Source: Arenicellales bacterium (GTDB taxonomy: Bacteria > Pseudomonadota > Gammaproteobacteria > Arenicellales > JAHEKD01). Taken from it: a stretch of DNA of 64,000 nucleotides. This document shows positions 18,543-27,970 of this stretch, piece by piece; position 1 is the stretch's first letter, and each line of letters opens with the position of its first letter. Location of the stretch: positions 163,777-227,776 of the forward strand of contig JANQSD010000022.1 in assembly GCA_028284225.1 (NCBI GenBank), given 5' to 3'. The notes beneath the pieces were generated by a model. The model searched no databases and was not told where the DNA came from. It saw nothing but the letters and a program-made list of their open reading frames with translations. The translations under genes were made by a program, and so were the position numbers.

Positions 18543-18620
18543 GCCGGTAGTTTAAGCCAGAATAAAGCGAATCGAAGGTATTTTGCAGTAAAATTGCAGC
18601 TGAAAGTGTAATCTTCCATT

Positions 18621-19553
18621 GTGACTCATCCTGAAAATACATTGCCTGTTACTATTGCCATCCCGACCTATGGTCGAGAGCAGACGCTTATTAATACTAT
18701 TCAAAGCTTGTTGGATCTTGAGCAACCGGCAGCGGAGATCATTATTGTTGACCAGACACAATCACATCAACAAACCACGGATGATCAGTTAAATCAATGG
18801 CACCAACAGAATTTAATTAAATTGATCAAGCTATCGTCGCCGTCTATTCCACATGCGATGAATGTGGGTTTGTTAAAAGCAGGCTATCCAACAGTATTAT
18901 TTCTGGATGACGACATAAAAGCCCATCAAGGTTTAGTCGCAGTTCACTATTTGGCCCAGCAAGATACTGATAGTCAAATTATTGCCGGCAAAGTAATTCA
19001 ACCCTGGGACGATAAACAAAAGCTGAGTGATGACGGTCATCAATTCAATTCCGATCAGGAAACGCAAGTCAATCATTTCATGGGAGGCAATTTCTCTATT
19101 AATAAAAACCAGGCAATCGAGTCGGGAGGTTTTGATGAGAATTTTATTGGGGTGGCTTATCGTTTTGAAAAAGAATTTGCAGATCGTTGGCTAGAGGCAG
19201 GAAATAAAATACTATTCAAACCCGATGCAGTGATTGATCACTTGAAGGAAACAAGCGGTGGCACACGTGAATACGGAGAACATCTGACTACCATCAAGCC
19301 CTATCACGCAGTAGGTGCATATTATTATTTTTTAGTATCACCCAAAATTAAAAACCAATCCCAGCAAATTCGTAATCGGCTGTTGCAATCTGTGAGTACC
19401 CGTCATCATCTAAAACGACCCTGGTATATTCCTGTGACGTTAATAGCGGAATTACGAGGACTGTTTGAAGCTAAAAAACTAGCGAGGTTGGGGCCGAGGT
19501 ATATAAGTGGCAAGTCTGAGCAGAATAATTCCTCCCCTCTCAGGCGAGTTTAG
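18621..19553 (+). CDS. Glycosyltransferase family 2
   Basis: VTIAIPTYGREQTL...EIIIVDQT and LFLDDD motifs. GTG start. The last approximately 8 codons are encoded by the B-family repeat. Confidence 0.75.
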   Translation: MTHPENTLPVTIAIPTYGREQTLINTIQSLLDLEQPAAEIIIVDQTQSHQQTTDDQLNQWHQQNLIKLIKLSSPSIPHAMNVGLLKAGYPTVLFLDDDIKAHQGLVAVHYLAQQDTDSQIIAGKVIQPWDDKQKLSDDGHQFNSDQETQVNHFMGGNFSINKNQAIESGGFDENFIGVAYRFEKEFADRWLEAGNKILFKPDAVIDHLKETSGGTREYGEHLTTIKPYHAVGAYYYFLVSPKIKNQSQQIRNRLLQSVSTRHHLKRPWYIPVTLIAELRGLFEAKKLARLGPRYISGKSEQNNSSPLRRV

Positions 19554-19792
19554 GTGGGGATGGGCAATTATTCGAAGTGTTGCAATCCGGCCTTGCATTG
19601 AAGGGATTTACCGGGAAGCTAAAGTACAAACGTTTTAGTGTCCATATCATTTCCCGGTAAAACAGATTTGTACTAGACCGTAATCCTTGAGTTTTTCTCA
19701 TTGCCCGTCCCGTTTCATTTCCTGGTAAATGAGGTCAAAACTAATCCGAAATGCTTTACCTGAGGATCATTGCCGATGGGGGCTAGCAGGGC
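19529..19792. repeat. B-family mosaic repeat element (about 264 bp) filling the convergent gap between the GT2 and DUF2797 genes
   Basis: Shares GGCAATTATTCGAAGTG, TTTACCGGGAAGC and two copies of GTTTCATTTCCYGGTRAA...CAAAACTAATCYGAA with 13967..14179. Ends in GGGGGCTAGCAGGG. Confidence 0.6.
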
Positions 19793-20620
19793 TCAATGTT
19801 CCAGGCTGATTTCATAACCACCAAACTTACGGATATTCAGTACGCCATTATCTAAAATCAGATACTGGCCTTTGATACCATCGAGTACTCCTTCGACTAT
19901 CGGTGTTTTATCAAAATTATGCGCTTTAACTTTTTCCGGGTAACGTTGTACGGGATATTCAAAGTTATATGTTTTTGCTGAATCAATGATTTTGTAATCA
20001 GCCTCGCCGATTCGTTGTTCTTGATGGATGTCCGCGATTACCATTTCGATTAATTCTTTTGCTTTTTTGCTTAAATCAACATCCTCCGGGCTACCTTTAA
20101 GCATTTTGCGCCAGTCGGTGCGATCAGAAATATGTGATTTAAACATCACTTCAACAAGGCCAGAAATAAACCTGTTTGCGACTTCCAGAATCGGCATAGC
20201 CTGCGACGCACCTTGATCCATCCAGCGTGTCGGAATCTGAGTATGACGGGTAATACCCACTTTGAGACCGGAAGAATTAGCTAAATAAACAAAATGGGGC
20301 TGCATAAGATTTGCCAATCCCCAGTCCTTGTCCCTCAGAGTTCCAAATTCTGGATCACATAATTCAGGTCGGACGATACATGGGTCGCACTCCGGCAAAG
20401 TATTAAAGCATGGATAACAATAGCCCTGATTAAAGCTTTTGTTGGTTTTACGCCCGCAATTTATACAATTAATGTTGCCGCTATGAGCTAATTTGATTGG
20501 TTTGCCAATCAAAGCATTCATGTCGACGGATTGATCGCCTATTGGTAGTGAATAGTGCACAACATCGTTGTGGGCAGTACGCATTTTCCGGATGGTTCCG
20601 GTTGTTGGAGTTTCAGTCAT
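19793..20620 (-). CDS. DUF2797 domain-containing protein
   Basis: Cys-rich CINCGRKT...GYCYPCF...CDPCIVRPELC segment typical of DUF2797. Confidence 0.7.
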   Translation of the reverse strand: MTETPTTGTIRKMRTAHNDVVHYSLPIGDQSVDMNALIGKPIKLAHSGNINCINCGRKTNKSFNQGYCYPCFNTLPECDPCIVRPELCDPEFGTLRDKDWGLANLMQPHFVYLANSSGLKVGITRHTQIPTRWMDQGASQAMPILEVANRFISGLVEVMFKSHISDRTDWRKMLKGSPEDVDLSKKAKELIEMVIADIHQEQRIGEADYKIIDSAKTYNFEYPVQRYPEKVKAHNFDKTPIVEGVLDGIKGQYLILDNGVLNIRKFGGYEISLEH

Positions 20621-20623
20621 AGC

Positions 20624-22120
20624 TTATGAATGGGTTTTGACCCGATTGATTGCATTTTGCCAGGCATCAGTTAATTGAGTGCGCTGCTGCGCATCCATCT
20701 TAGGTTGGAATGATTGATCAAGTTGCCAGGCCTGGCTGGCATCCTCAAGTGAGTTAAATAATTTGGCACCTGTTGCAGCCAGGATTGCCGCTCCCAGCGC
20801 CGTTGTTTCAATGACTTTGGGCCGTTCAATTTCAGTATTCAAAATATCCGCTAAAAATTGCAATAGCCATCCGTTAGCGACCATACCGCCGTCTACTCGT
20901 ATGACTTCAGTATTAACAGCACTGTCATTACGCATAGCACTAATCAAGTCGTTAGTCTGATAGCAAACGGATTCCAATGCCGCACGGACAAAGTCGTCGG
21001 GTCCGGTATCGCGGGTTATACCCAGCACTGCGCCACGCGCATCCGGGTCCCAGTGCGGTGCGCCTAAGCCGGTAAATGCGGGTACCATATAAACACCGTT
21101 GTTTGATTCCATTTGTGCCACAATGGCTTCGGTGTCTCTGGCATTTTTGATGAACTTCAGTTCATCGCGTAGCCACTGAATTGCTGTGCCGGCATTGAAT
21201 ATAGAGCCTTCCAGTGCATAATAATTTTTATGGTTGAATCGATAAGCAATAGTCGTCAGTAGCTTATGCCGGGATTGAATCGCTTTTTCGCCGGTGTTCA
21301 TCAGCATAAAACAACCGGTGCCGTAGGTACTCTTTATCATGCCCGGTTGAATACAAAGCTGGCCGATAGCCGCCGCTTGTTGATCACCGGCGATACCGAG
21401 AATAGGTGTGTTTTCGCCTACAATTTGATTGTCAGCAATGCCAAACTCATCAACCGAATTCTTGACCTCAGGCAACATCGTCCTGGGGATATTAAACAGC
21501 TCGAGTAATTCCTCATCCCATTGATTGGTATGAATATTGAACAACAGGGTGCGGCTGGCGTTAGTCGCATCGGTGGCGTGTGATTCGCCTTTAGTCAATT
21601 GCCAGACCAGGTAACAATCAGTAGTACCAAATCTAAGTTCACCTTTTTCAGCTTTTTCCCTGGCGCCCTCTACATTATCCAGTATCCAGGCTATTTTGGT
21701 TGCCGAAAAATACGGGTCCAGCAATAAACCGGTTTTAGCGGTGACCATTGATTCTTTATTTTGTGCTTTAAGCTCACGGCAAAGATCAGCCGTGCGTCGG
21801 TCTTGCCAGACAATGGCGTTGTAAACAGGGTGTCCGGACTTGGCATCCCAGACTACGGTGGTTTCACGCTGGTTGGTGATACCTATTGCCAGCACTTTGC
21901 CGGAATTAAGTGCAATACTGTCTTGTCTGACTTGCCGGCAGACTCGTTTGGCACTGCGCCAGATTTCATCTGGATTATGTTCAACCCAGCCATCTTGCGG
22001 GTAAAATTGCCTGAATTCTTCTTGCGCACTATGTAAAATATTCCCGTCTGTATCAAAAATGATCGCACGGGTGCTCGAAGTGCCCTGGTCTATTGCAAGA
22101 ATGAGTGGTTTATCGGCCAT
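20624..22120 (-). CDS. glpK: Glycerol kinase
   Basis: ILAIDQGTSSTRAIIFD, ITNQRETTVVWD and GDQQAA motifs. Length is 498 aa. Confidence 0.95.
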   Translation of the reverse strand: MADKPLILAIDQGTSSTRAIIFDTDGNILHSAQEEFRQFYPQDGWVEHNPDEIWRSAKRVCRQVRQDSIALNSGKVLAIGITNQRETTVVWDAKSGHPVYNAIVWQDRRTADLCRELKAQNKESMVTAKTGLLLDPYFSATKIAWILDNVEGAREKAEKGELRFGTTDCYLVWQLTKGESHATDATNASRTLLFNIHTNQWDEELLELFNIPRTMLPEVKNSVDEFGIADNQIVGENTPILGIAGDQQAAAIGQLCIQPGMIKSTYGTGCFMLMNTGEKAIQSRHKLLTTIAYRFNHKNYYALEGSIFNAGTAIQWLRDELKFIKNARDTEAIVAQMESNNGVYMVPAFTGLGAPHWDPDARGAVLGITRDTGPDDFVRAALESVCYQTNDLISAMRNDSAVNTEVIRVDGGMVANGWLLQFLADILNTEIERPKVIETTALGAAILAATGAKLFNSLEDASQAWQLDQSFQPKMDAQQRTQLTDAWQNAINRVKTHS

Positions 22121-22293
22121 TTGTTTGAAGCTATGATTAAATTGTTCGTCTACCTATATCGTCTGTTGACGCTTACCATGCCTTATGCAGTGAAAATTAC
22201 TCTGCAGTGATGCGATTAGGCGCAATGTCAACGGTTCCTAACTATGACATAATCTGCACTCGGTATCCAGAATGAAAAGGTTATCCTAGGATT

Positions 22294-22554
22294 ATGATCG
22301 ACTTGTTGGACAGTCCCCCGGAAAGCATCGACGTTACCCTCGATGCCAAAGGACTGCATTGCCCATTACCTATTTTGAAAACCAAAGCCGAATTAAGTCA
22401 AATGCAACCGGGTCAGATACTGCATGTTTTAACCACAGACCCGTTAGCACCGCTTGATTTTAAATCCTATGCTGTGCGTGCAGCACATACGTTAATTTAT
22501 ATGCAGGAAGATGGAGACGAAGCCGAGTTCTATTTAAAACGCGGCGAGCATTAA
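22294..22554 (+). CDS. TusA/SirA-family sulfur carrier protein
   Basis: LDAKGLHCPLPILKTK (CPxP active-site motif). Length is 86 aa. Confidence 0.8.
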   Translation: MIDLLDSPPESIDVTLDAKGLHCPLPILKTKAELSQMQPGQILHVLTTDPLAPLDFKSYAVRAAHTLIYMQEDGDEAEFYLKRGEH

Positions 22555-22582
22555 TAACCCATATACTATTAAGTAAGGAAAA

Positions 22583-23518
22583 ATGAGCAAAACGGCCTTA
22601 GTTCATCATCCCAATTCGGTGATGCATAAAATTTCTGAGTATCATCCAGAACGCCCGGAACGTATTACTGCTGTAGAAGACAGTTTGGCTGCAAATGGAT
22701 TAACAGATTTGCTGGTCCACCAGCAAGCGCGACAGGCCGCCAGATCGGAATTAGTTCAAGTACACAAACCCGAATATGTTGATTGGATTTTTGAACACGC
22801 ACCAACTGCTGAGAGCGAAACGATCCAGATAGATGGCGATACAGCTATGAATGTTTATAGCCTGCCATCAGCGTTAACAGCTAGCGGTGCGGTGCTGGAT
22901 GCAGTTGATAATGTGATAAATCAGGACGTTGAAAACGCATTCTGCCTAGTCAGGCCACCGGGTCATCACGCCGAGCGAGCTATCGCCATGGGCTTTTGTT
23001 TTTTTGATAACGTTGCAGTTGGGGCGCAGTATGTAATGGATAAATACGACATCGAACGCGTAGCGATTGTTGATTTTGACGTCCATCATGGTAACGGGAC
23101 TGAAGACATTTTTTTAAACGAAAAACGGGTGCTGTTTTGCTCAACCTTTCAGGAGTATATTTTTCCCGGCAAGTATGCTCCCAGTCAGCCCGGTCATTTA
23201 GTCAATGTGCCGTTACCATCGGGTACCGATAGTGGGCTTTATCGGCAGGTTTTTAGTGAAAAAGTACTGCCAGAACTTGATGCATTTAAACCTGAATTTA
23301 TTTTCTTTTCAGCCGGATTCGATGCTCACAAAAATGATCCACTGGCCAGTTTGAATCTGGAAGCTGAAGATTTCGGTTGGATTACCGAGCAAGTGATGGA
23401 AATAGCTGATGCCCATGCTCAAAGCCGAGTGGTATCGACTCTGGAAGGAGGCTACGATCTGGATGGTCTTGCACAAAGCGCAACCCAGCATGTGAAATCC
23501 TTAATGAGGTTGAACTGA
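22583..23518 (+). CDS. Histone deacetylase-family (arginase-fold) deacetylase
   Basis: RPPGHHA, DFDVHHGNGT and EGGY motifs. Confidence 0.85.
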   Translation: MSKTALVHHPNSVMHKISEYHPERPERITAVEDSLAANGLTDLLVHQQARQAARSELVQVHKPEYVDWIFEHAPTAESETIQIDGDTAMNVYSLPSALTASGAVLDAVDNVINQDVENAFCLVRPPGHHAERAIAMGFCFFDNVAVGAQYVMDKYDIERVAIVDFDVHHGNGTEDIFLNEKRVLFCSTFQEYIFPGKYAPSQPGHLVNVPLPSGTDSGLYRQVFSEKVLPELDAFKPEFIFFSAGFDAHKNDPLASLNLEAEDFGWITEQVMEIADAHAQSRVVSTLEGGYDLDGLAQSATQHVKSLMRLN

Positions 23519-24961
23519 ATTCCAATTAGCTAAGACTGAATTAAGAGTTTCTACTGATTGTTCAATCTCTGTTTTATTTAAGCAAGCAAATCCTAAAACC
23601 AGGGTATTACGATGAGCTGGGCTAATTCGTTTGTTCATATAATATTCTGCAAGTGAATAAGCGACGATATCGTGCTTTGTTAATAGGTACCTACTTAATT
23701 TTGCTGCATTAATTTGTTTAGGTAATTGGACCAGGACATTGAATCCCGCGTCGGTTGCATATATCGATTCGAATAATTTTCTATCGATTACTTCAAGCAA
23801 ATATTTACGTCGTTTATCATAAAGCTTGCGCATCCGGCGAATATGACTTGCATAAAATCCTTGTTTGATGAATTCAGCTAAGACGGATTGGGTTAATCCT
23901 GAGGTGGGTTTGCCAAGGCTTAACAAACGGCTCATTGAATCGAGTAACGGTTTGGGTAAAACCATAAACGCTAATCTAAAAGCAGGTAATAATGTGGTTG
24001 TAAATGAGCTCATGTAAATGACTCTATTGCTTTGCTGAATGCTGTGAATGGGTGTTACCGGATTACCTTCGTATCTAAATTCACAATCAAAATCATCTTC
24101 AATAATCCAGCCTCCATATTGCTGGGCCCATTCAGATAATTCAATACGCCTGGATAAAGACATACGAATACCCAGGGGATAATTTCTAGACGGCACAACA
24201 TAAGCAAGTTTTGCTTTAGGATTTTGTTTTAATGCTTTGCTGACAATAAATCCACGATCGTCAATTTTGACCGGAATGGACTCAGCCTCAACTGACTTAA
24301 ATACCAGCCGGCGACCAACAAAGCACGGGTCCTCAACCCATACAGGATCGCCGGGATCAAGTAATAATGTGCTAATTAAGCGTAAGGCTTCTTCTCCACC
24401 GTTGCAGATTACAATTTGCTGCGGATGACAGACGATACCTCTGGACAAATGTATATGTTCGCAAATCGCCTGGCGCAACGGCAGGTATCCTAGCGGATCA
24501 GAATAATCTAATGCATCGCTGTTTGCATGGACAACAGATTTACTGACTTTATGCCATTTTTGAAATGGAAACTCTCGCAACTCAGGTGTACCCGGCATAA
24601 AGGCCCGAATTCGTCTGATATTCGGGTGGTAAAAAATGTGAAAAAGCCTCTCAGCACGAGTCGATAAGTCAAACTCAGATAACGTCGATTCCTGTTTGTC
24701 GTTAATGCTAGTTTGCGAATCATTTTTTAAAGCGACGAAAGTCCCTTTCCCTGATTTTGTCTCCAGATATCCTTCACTGATGAGTTGATCATAAACATTC
24801 CTGACGGTGCCTCTGGAGATTCCCAACTCTGATTTCATCATTCTGGTCGAAGGTAATTGCATGCCCGTTTTTATTCGGCCTTCAACAACGGCGCTTCTTA
24901 ATTGATCACAGAATTGCCTATAGATAGATATCTTGCTTTTTTTATCTAGAAAAATGTCCAT
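23501..24961 (-). CDS. MocR/PdxR-type regulator (GntR wHTH fused to an aminotransferase-like domain)
   Basis: N-terminal LPSTRMMKSELGISRGTVRNVYDQLISEGYL followed by a roughly 350-aa fold-type I domain. Its 3' end overlaps the HDAC gene convergently by 18 nt. Confidence 0.85.
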   Translation of the reverse strand: MDIFLDKKSKISIYRQFCDQLRSAVVEGRIKTGMQLPSTRMMKSELGISRGTVRNVYDQLISEGYLETKSGKGTFVALKNDSQTSINDKQESTLSEFDLSTRAERLFHIFYHPNIRRIRAFMPGTPELREFPFQKWHKVSKSVVHANSDALDYSDPLGYLPLRQAICEHIHLSRGIVCHPQQIVICNGGEEALRLISTLLLDPGDPVWVEDPCFVGRRLVFKSVEAESIPVKIDDRGFIVSKALKQNPKAKLAYVVPSRNYPLGIRMSLSRRIELSEWAQQYGGWIIEDDFDCEFRYEGNPVTPIHSIQQSNRVIYMSSFTTTLLPAFRLAFMVLPKPLLDSMSRLLSLGKPTSGLTQSVLAEFIKQGFYASHIRRMRKLYDKRRKYLLEVIDRKLFESIYATDAGFNVLVQLPKQINAAKLSRYLLTKHDIVAYSLAEYYMNKRISPAHRNTLVLGFACLNKTEIEQSVETLNSVLANWNSVQPH

Positions 24962-24993
24962 GAAACTGCTAAGTGGGCTATTAAAAATACTCT

Positions 24994-25020
24994 AAATTGG
25001 GTCTTATTATAACCCAATTT
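24994..25020. promoter_or_regulatory. Inverted repeat AAATTGGGT-n9-ACCCAATTT in the MocR / binding-protein divergent region
   Basis: Perfect 9-bp arms, 33 nt upstream of the MocR start codon. Confidence 0.35.
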
Positions 25021-25150
25021 ATTAATATAATAGTTATTTAAGTTATTGTTTTTATTGAGAAAATATAAAATATTTGTAATGCCCTTGTCACAATTTTGAA
25101 CTAATGTCTTACGTCTGACTTTAAGCACGTCACATAAGGAGATGCAACCT

Positions 25151-26767
25151 ATGAAAGATCAAATTAGCAAACGAATTTACTTCGAATTAATATCCAATGC
25201 TCAAGCTAGGCGTATATCTCGTCGTGAGTTTATGCAAGGCATGATCGCAACCGGTGTATCGTTGAGTGCGGCATCATCGTTGTGGACAATAAAAGTACAT
25301 GCGCAGACACCCAAAAAAGGTGGCAAATTTAAAATTGGAATCGCCCATGGTCAAACGACGGATAACCTGGACCCTGCTACTTATGAAAACGGCTTTATGT
25401 CCAGCCTGACGTTTGGTGTTAATAATTATCTGACTGAAGTCAGTAATGATGGATCGCTAAAGCCTGAAGTTGCAGAGAGTTGGGAACCCTCCGCTGATGC
25501 TAAAACCTGGACATTTAAATTGCGTCAAGGTGTTACATTTCATAACGGCAAAGATGTAACAGCAGAAGATGTGATAGCTTCAATTAACCATCATCGTGGT
25601 GAAGCTTCACAGTCAGCTGCTAAACCAATTGTTGCACCAATCACGGGGATTAAAGCTGACGGTAAAGGTGTAGTAGTATTCGAACTTGAGTCAGGTAATG
25701 CAGATTTTCCATTCATTATTTCCGATTACCATTTACCGATATTGCAAGCGAATGCAGATGGCACACCAAACTGGCAAGATGGAGTGGGTTGTGGCGCCTA
25801 TAAGTTGAAGAATTTCGATCCCGGAGTGAGAGCAGATTTTGAACGCAATTCTGATTATTGGAAATCGGATCGAGGTCATTTCGATGAAATCGAAATGATT
25901 TCAATTGTCGATCCGGCATCACGCACTAATGGTTTGGTTTCTGGTGAGGTTGATGCAATCGATAGGGTTGATTTGAAAACAGTACATCTACTGCAACGTA
26001 AACCAGATGTAAAAATACATTCGATTGCAGGTAATCAACACTTTACATTTCCAATGCATACCAATGTTGCGCCATTTGACAACAATGATGTACGCCTTGC
26101 ACTTAAATATGCGATTAATCGTGAAGAGATTGTTGAGAAAGTCCTACAGGGTTACGGTGCTGTTGGGAATGATCATCCGATCGGTTCCGGACAGCGTTAT
26201 TACGCTAGTGAATTGGAGCAAACCAGTTATGACCCTGAGCGAGCAAAGGAGCATTTAAAAAAAGCAGGGATGGACTCATTAGATGTGGATTTACATGTTG
26301 CAGATGCCGCTTTTGCAGGTGCCGTTGATGCTGGGGTTTTATATGCTGAACATGCTAAGCCTGCTGGCATTAATATCAATGTTGTACGTGAGCCGAATGA
26401 CGGTTATTGGTCTAATGTATGGTTAAAGAAACCCTTTTGTGCCTGCTATTGGAGTGGTCGGCCAACTGAGGACTGGATGTTTTCGACGGCATATGCTTCA
26501 GGTGTGGACTGGAATGATACTTTTTTTGAACATGAAAAATTTAATCAGTTGTTAGAGGCTGCAAGATCAGAACTTGATGAGGCAAAACGCCGCGAAATGT
26601 ATGTAGAAATGCAAACGATTATGAATCGTGATGGAGGCACTATTGTTTCGATGTTTGCGTCTTATGTTTATGCCACACAAGCAGGAATTAGCACTGAGGA
26701 ACAGCTTGGAACCGATGGTGCATTTGACGGCAATCGTTTGATGGAGCGCTGGTGGTCCAATTCCTGA
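25151..26767 (+). CDS. ABC transporter substrate-binding protein, family 5, Tat-signal; no cognate permease or ATPase genes adjacent
   Basis: SRREFMQGMIATGVSLSAASSLWT leader and a family-5 body. AAGGAG is better spaced for ATG 25151 than for 25142. Confidence 0.85.
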   Translation: MKDQISKRIYFELISNAQARRISRREFMQGMIATGVSLSAASSLWTIKVHAQTPKKGGKFKIGIAHGQTTDNLDPATYENGFMSSLTFGVNNYLTEVSNDGSLKPEVAESWEPSADAKTWTFKLRQGVTFHNGKDVTAEDVIASINHHRGEASQSAAKPIVAPITGIKADGKGVVVFELESGNADFPFIISDYHLPILQANADGTPNWQDGVGCGAYKLKNFDPGVRADFERNSDYWKSDRGHFDEIEMISIVDPASRTNGLVSGEVDAIDRVDLKTVHLLQRKPDVKIHSIAGNQHFTFPMHTNVAPFDNNDVRLALKYAINREEIVEKVLQGYGAVGNDHPIGSGQRYYASELEQTSYDPERAKEHLKKAGMDSLDVDLHVADAAFAGAVDAGVLYAEHAKPAGININVVREPNDGYWSNVWLKKPFCACYWSGRPTEDWMFSTAYASGVDWNDTFFEHEKFNQLLEAARSELDEAKRREMYVEMQTIMNRDGGTIVSMFASYVYATQAGISTEEQLGTDGAFDGNRLMERWWSNS

Positions 26768-26789
26768 TAGACGTTTACACTAACGTTTG

Positions 26790-26823
26790 CTCGCAATTGG
26801 CAGTAGTCAATTGCGAGTTTTTT
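26790..26823 (+). terminator. Rho-independent terminator after the binding-protein gene
   Basis: CTCGCAATTG-8 nt loop-CAATTGCGAG followed by TTTTTT. Confidence 0.65.
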
Positions 26824-26860
26824 GATTATAAATAGCACAAATAATTCAGGTATAAACATT

Positions 26861-27796
26861 ATGGCCTCGATTGAGCCGTTTTCCTTACCCGGAAAGTTCT
26901 TACGCGGTAATCTGCATACCCATTCAACCTTGTCTGACGGCAAGCTGTCGTCTGCGCAAGTAATCGAAAGATATAAAGCTGCTGGTTATGATTTTCTAGT
27001 CCTCTCAGATCACTTTGTAGAGATTTACAATTGGCCGGTAGCTGATACCAGAGAATTTCGATCTGATACATTTACGACTATTCTGGGTGCGGAGTTACAT
27101 GCACCCAAAACTAATGTCGGTGAGTTATGGCATATCCTTGCATCCGGATTACCTCTTGATTTTGCTCCGGCAGGGGAGAATGAAACAGGAATTCAGATTG
27201 CCCGACGCGCTGTTGAGGCAGGCGCCTTCGTATTGATTGCTCATCCAAGTTGGTCACAACTTGATCTGGATGATGGGCTAAGCATAGATTGTGCGCATGC
27301 CGTGGAAATATACAATCATGGTTGTGCAGTCGAATGTGCCCGCGGCGGTGGTTGGTATTTATTGGATCAATTGTGTAACCTTGGCCATCGTCTAACGGCA
27401 GTAGCTACCGACGATGCTCATTTTACTTATGGGGATCAAGATGCATTTGGAGGTTGGGTTAATGTCAGAGCCGAAAGTCTGGACCCTGAATTAATATTAA
27501 CAGCACTTAAAGCCGGTCACTTTTATGCTAGTCAGGGTCCGCAGTTCAATAATATTGAGCTTAACGATACAAAACTGAAAGTAAATTGCACTCCGGTAGA
27601 TAGCATTATTATCGTTAATGGCACGTCGCGAACAACGGCTAAATTCGGTAAAGCTATAACAAGTGGCGAACTTGACCTAAAAGATTTGCAAAAAGGCTGG
27701 CTGCTGGAAAAACCAAGCCCCTGGTTTCGAGTGGTTATTACTGATGGGCAAGGTAAAAGTGCCTGGACTAATCCTTATTGGTTAGATGACTTATAA
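26861..27796 (+). CDS. PHP-domain metallohydrolase (CehA/McbA-like)
   Basis: GNLHTHSTLSDG N-terminal PHP motif, then later SDH, AHP and DDAH metal-ligand motifs. ATG 26861 chosen. Confidence 0.7.
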   Translation: MASIEPFSLPGKFLRGNLHTHSTLSDGKLSSAQVIERYKAAGYDFLVLSDHFVEIYNWPVADTREFRSDTFTTILGAELHAPKTNVGELWHILASGLPLDFAPAGENETGIQIARRAVEAGAFVLIAHPSWSQLDLDDGLSIDCAHAVEIYNHGCAVECARGGGWYLLDQLCNLGHRLTAVATDDAHFTYGDQDAFGGWVNVRAESLDPELILTALKAGHFYASQGPQFNNIELNDTKLKVNCTPVDSIIIVNGTSRTTAKFGKAITSGELDLKDLQKGWLLEKPSPWFRVVITDGQGKSAWTNPYWLDDL

Positions 27797-27970
27797 ATAT
27801 AGCTAATTACAAAGACGATTGATTTGGCCTGGAATAGAAATGTGATAATCATATTGCTATACTGGATTGAATAAATAACTTAAAACTACATTCAGCGCAC
27901 GATTAGTAGTCGCCTTGCTGATGCGACTAAGCAAGCGGTGAATGTTTACTTACAATCAAGGAGGTGGACA

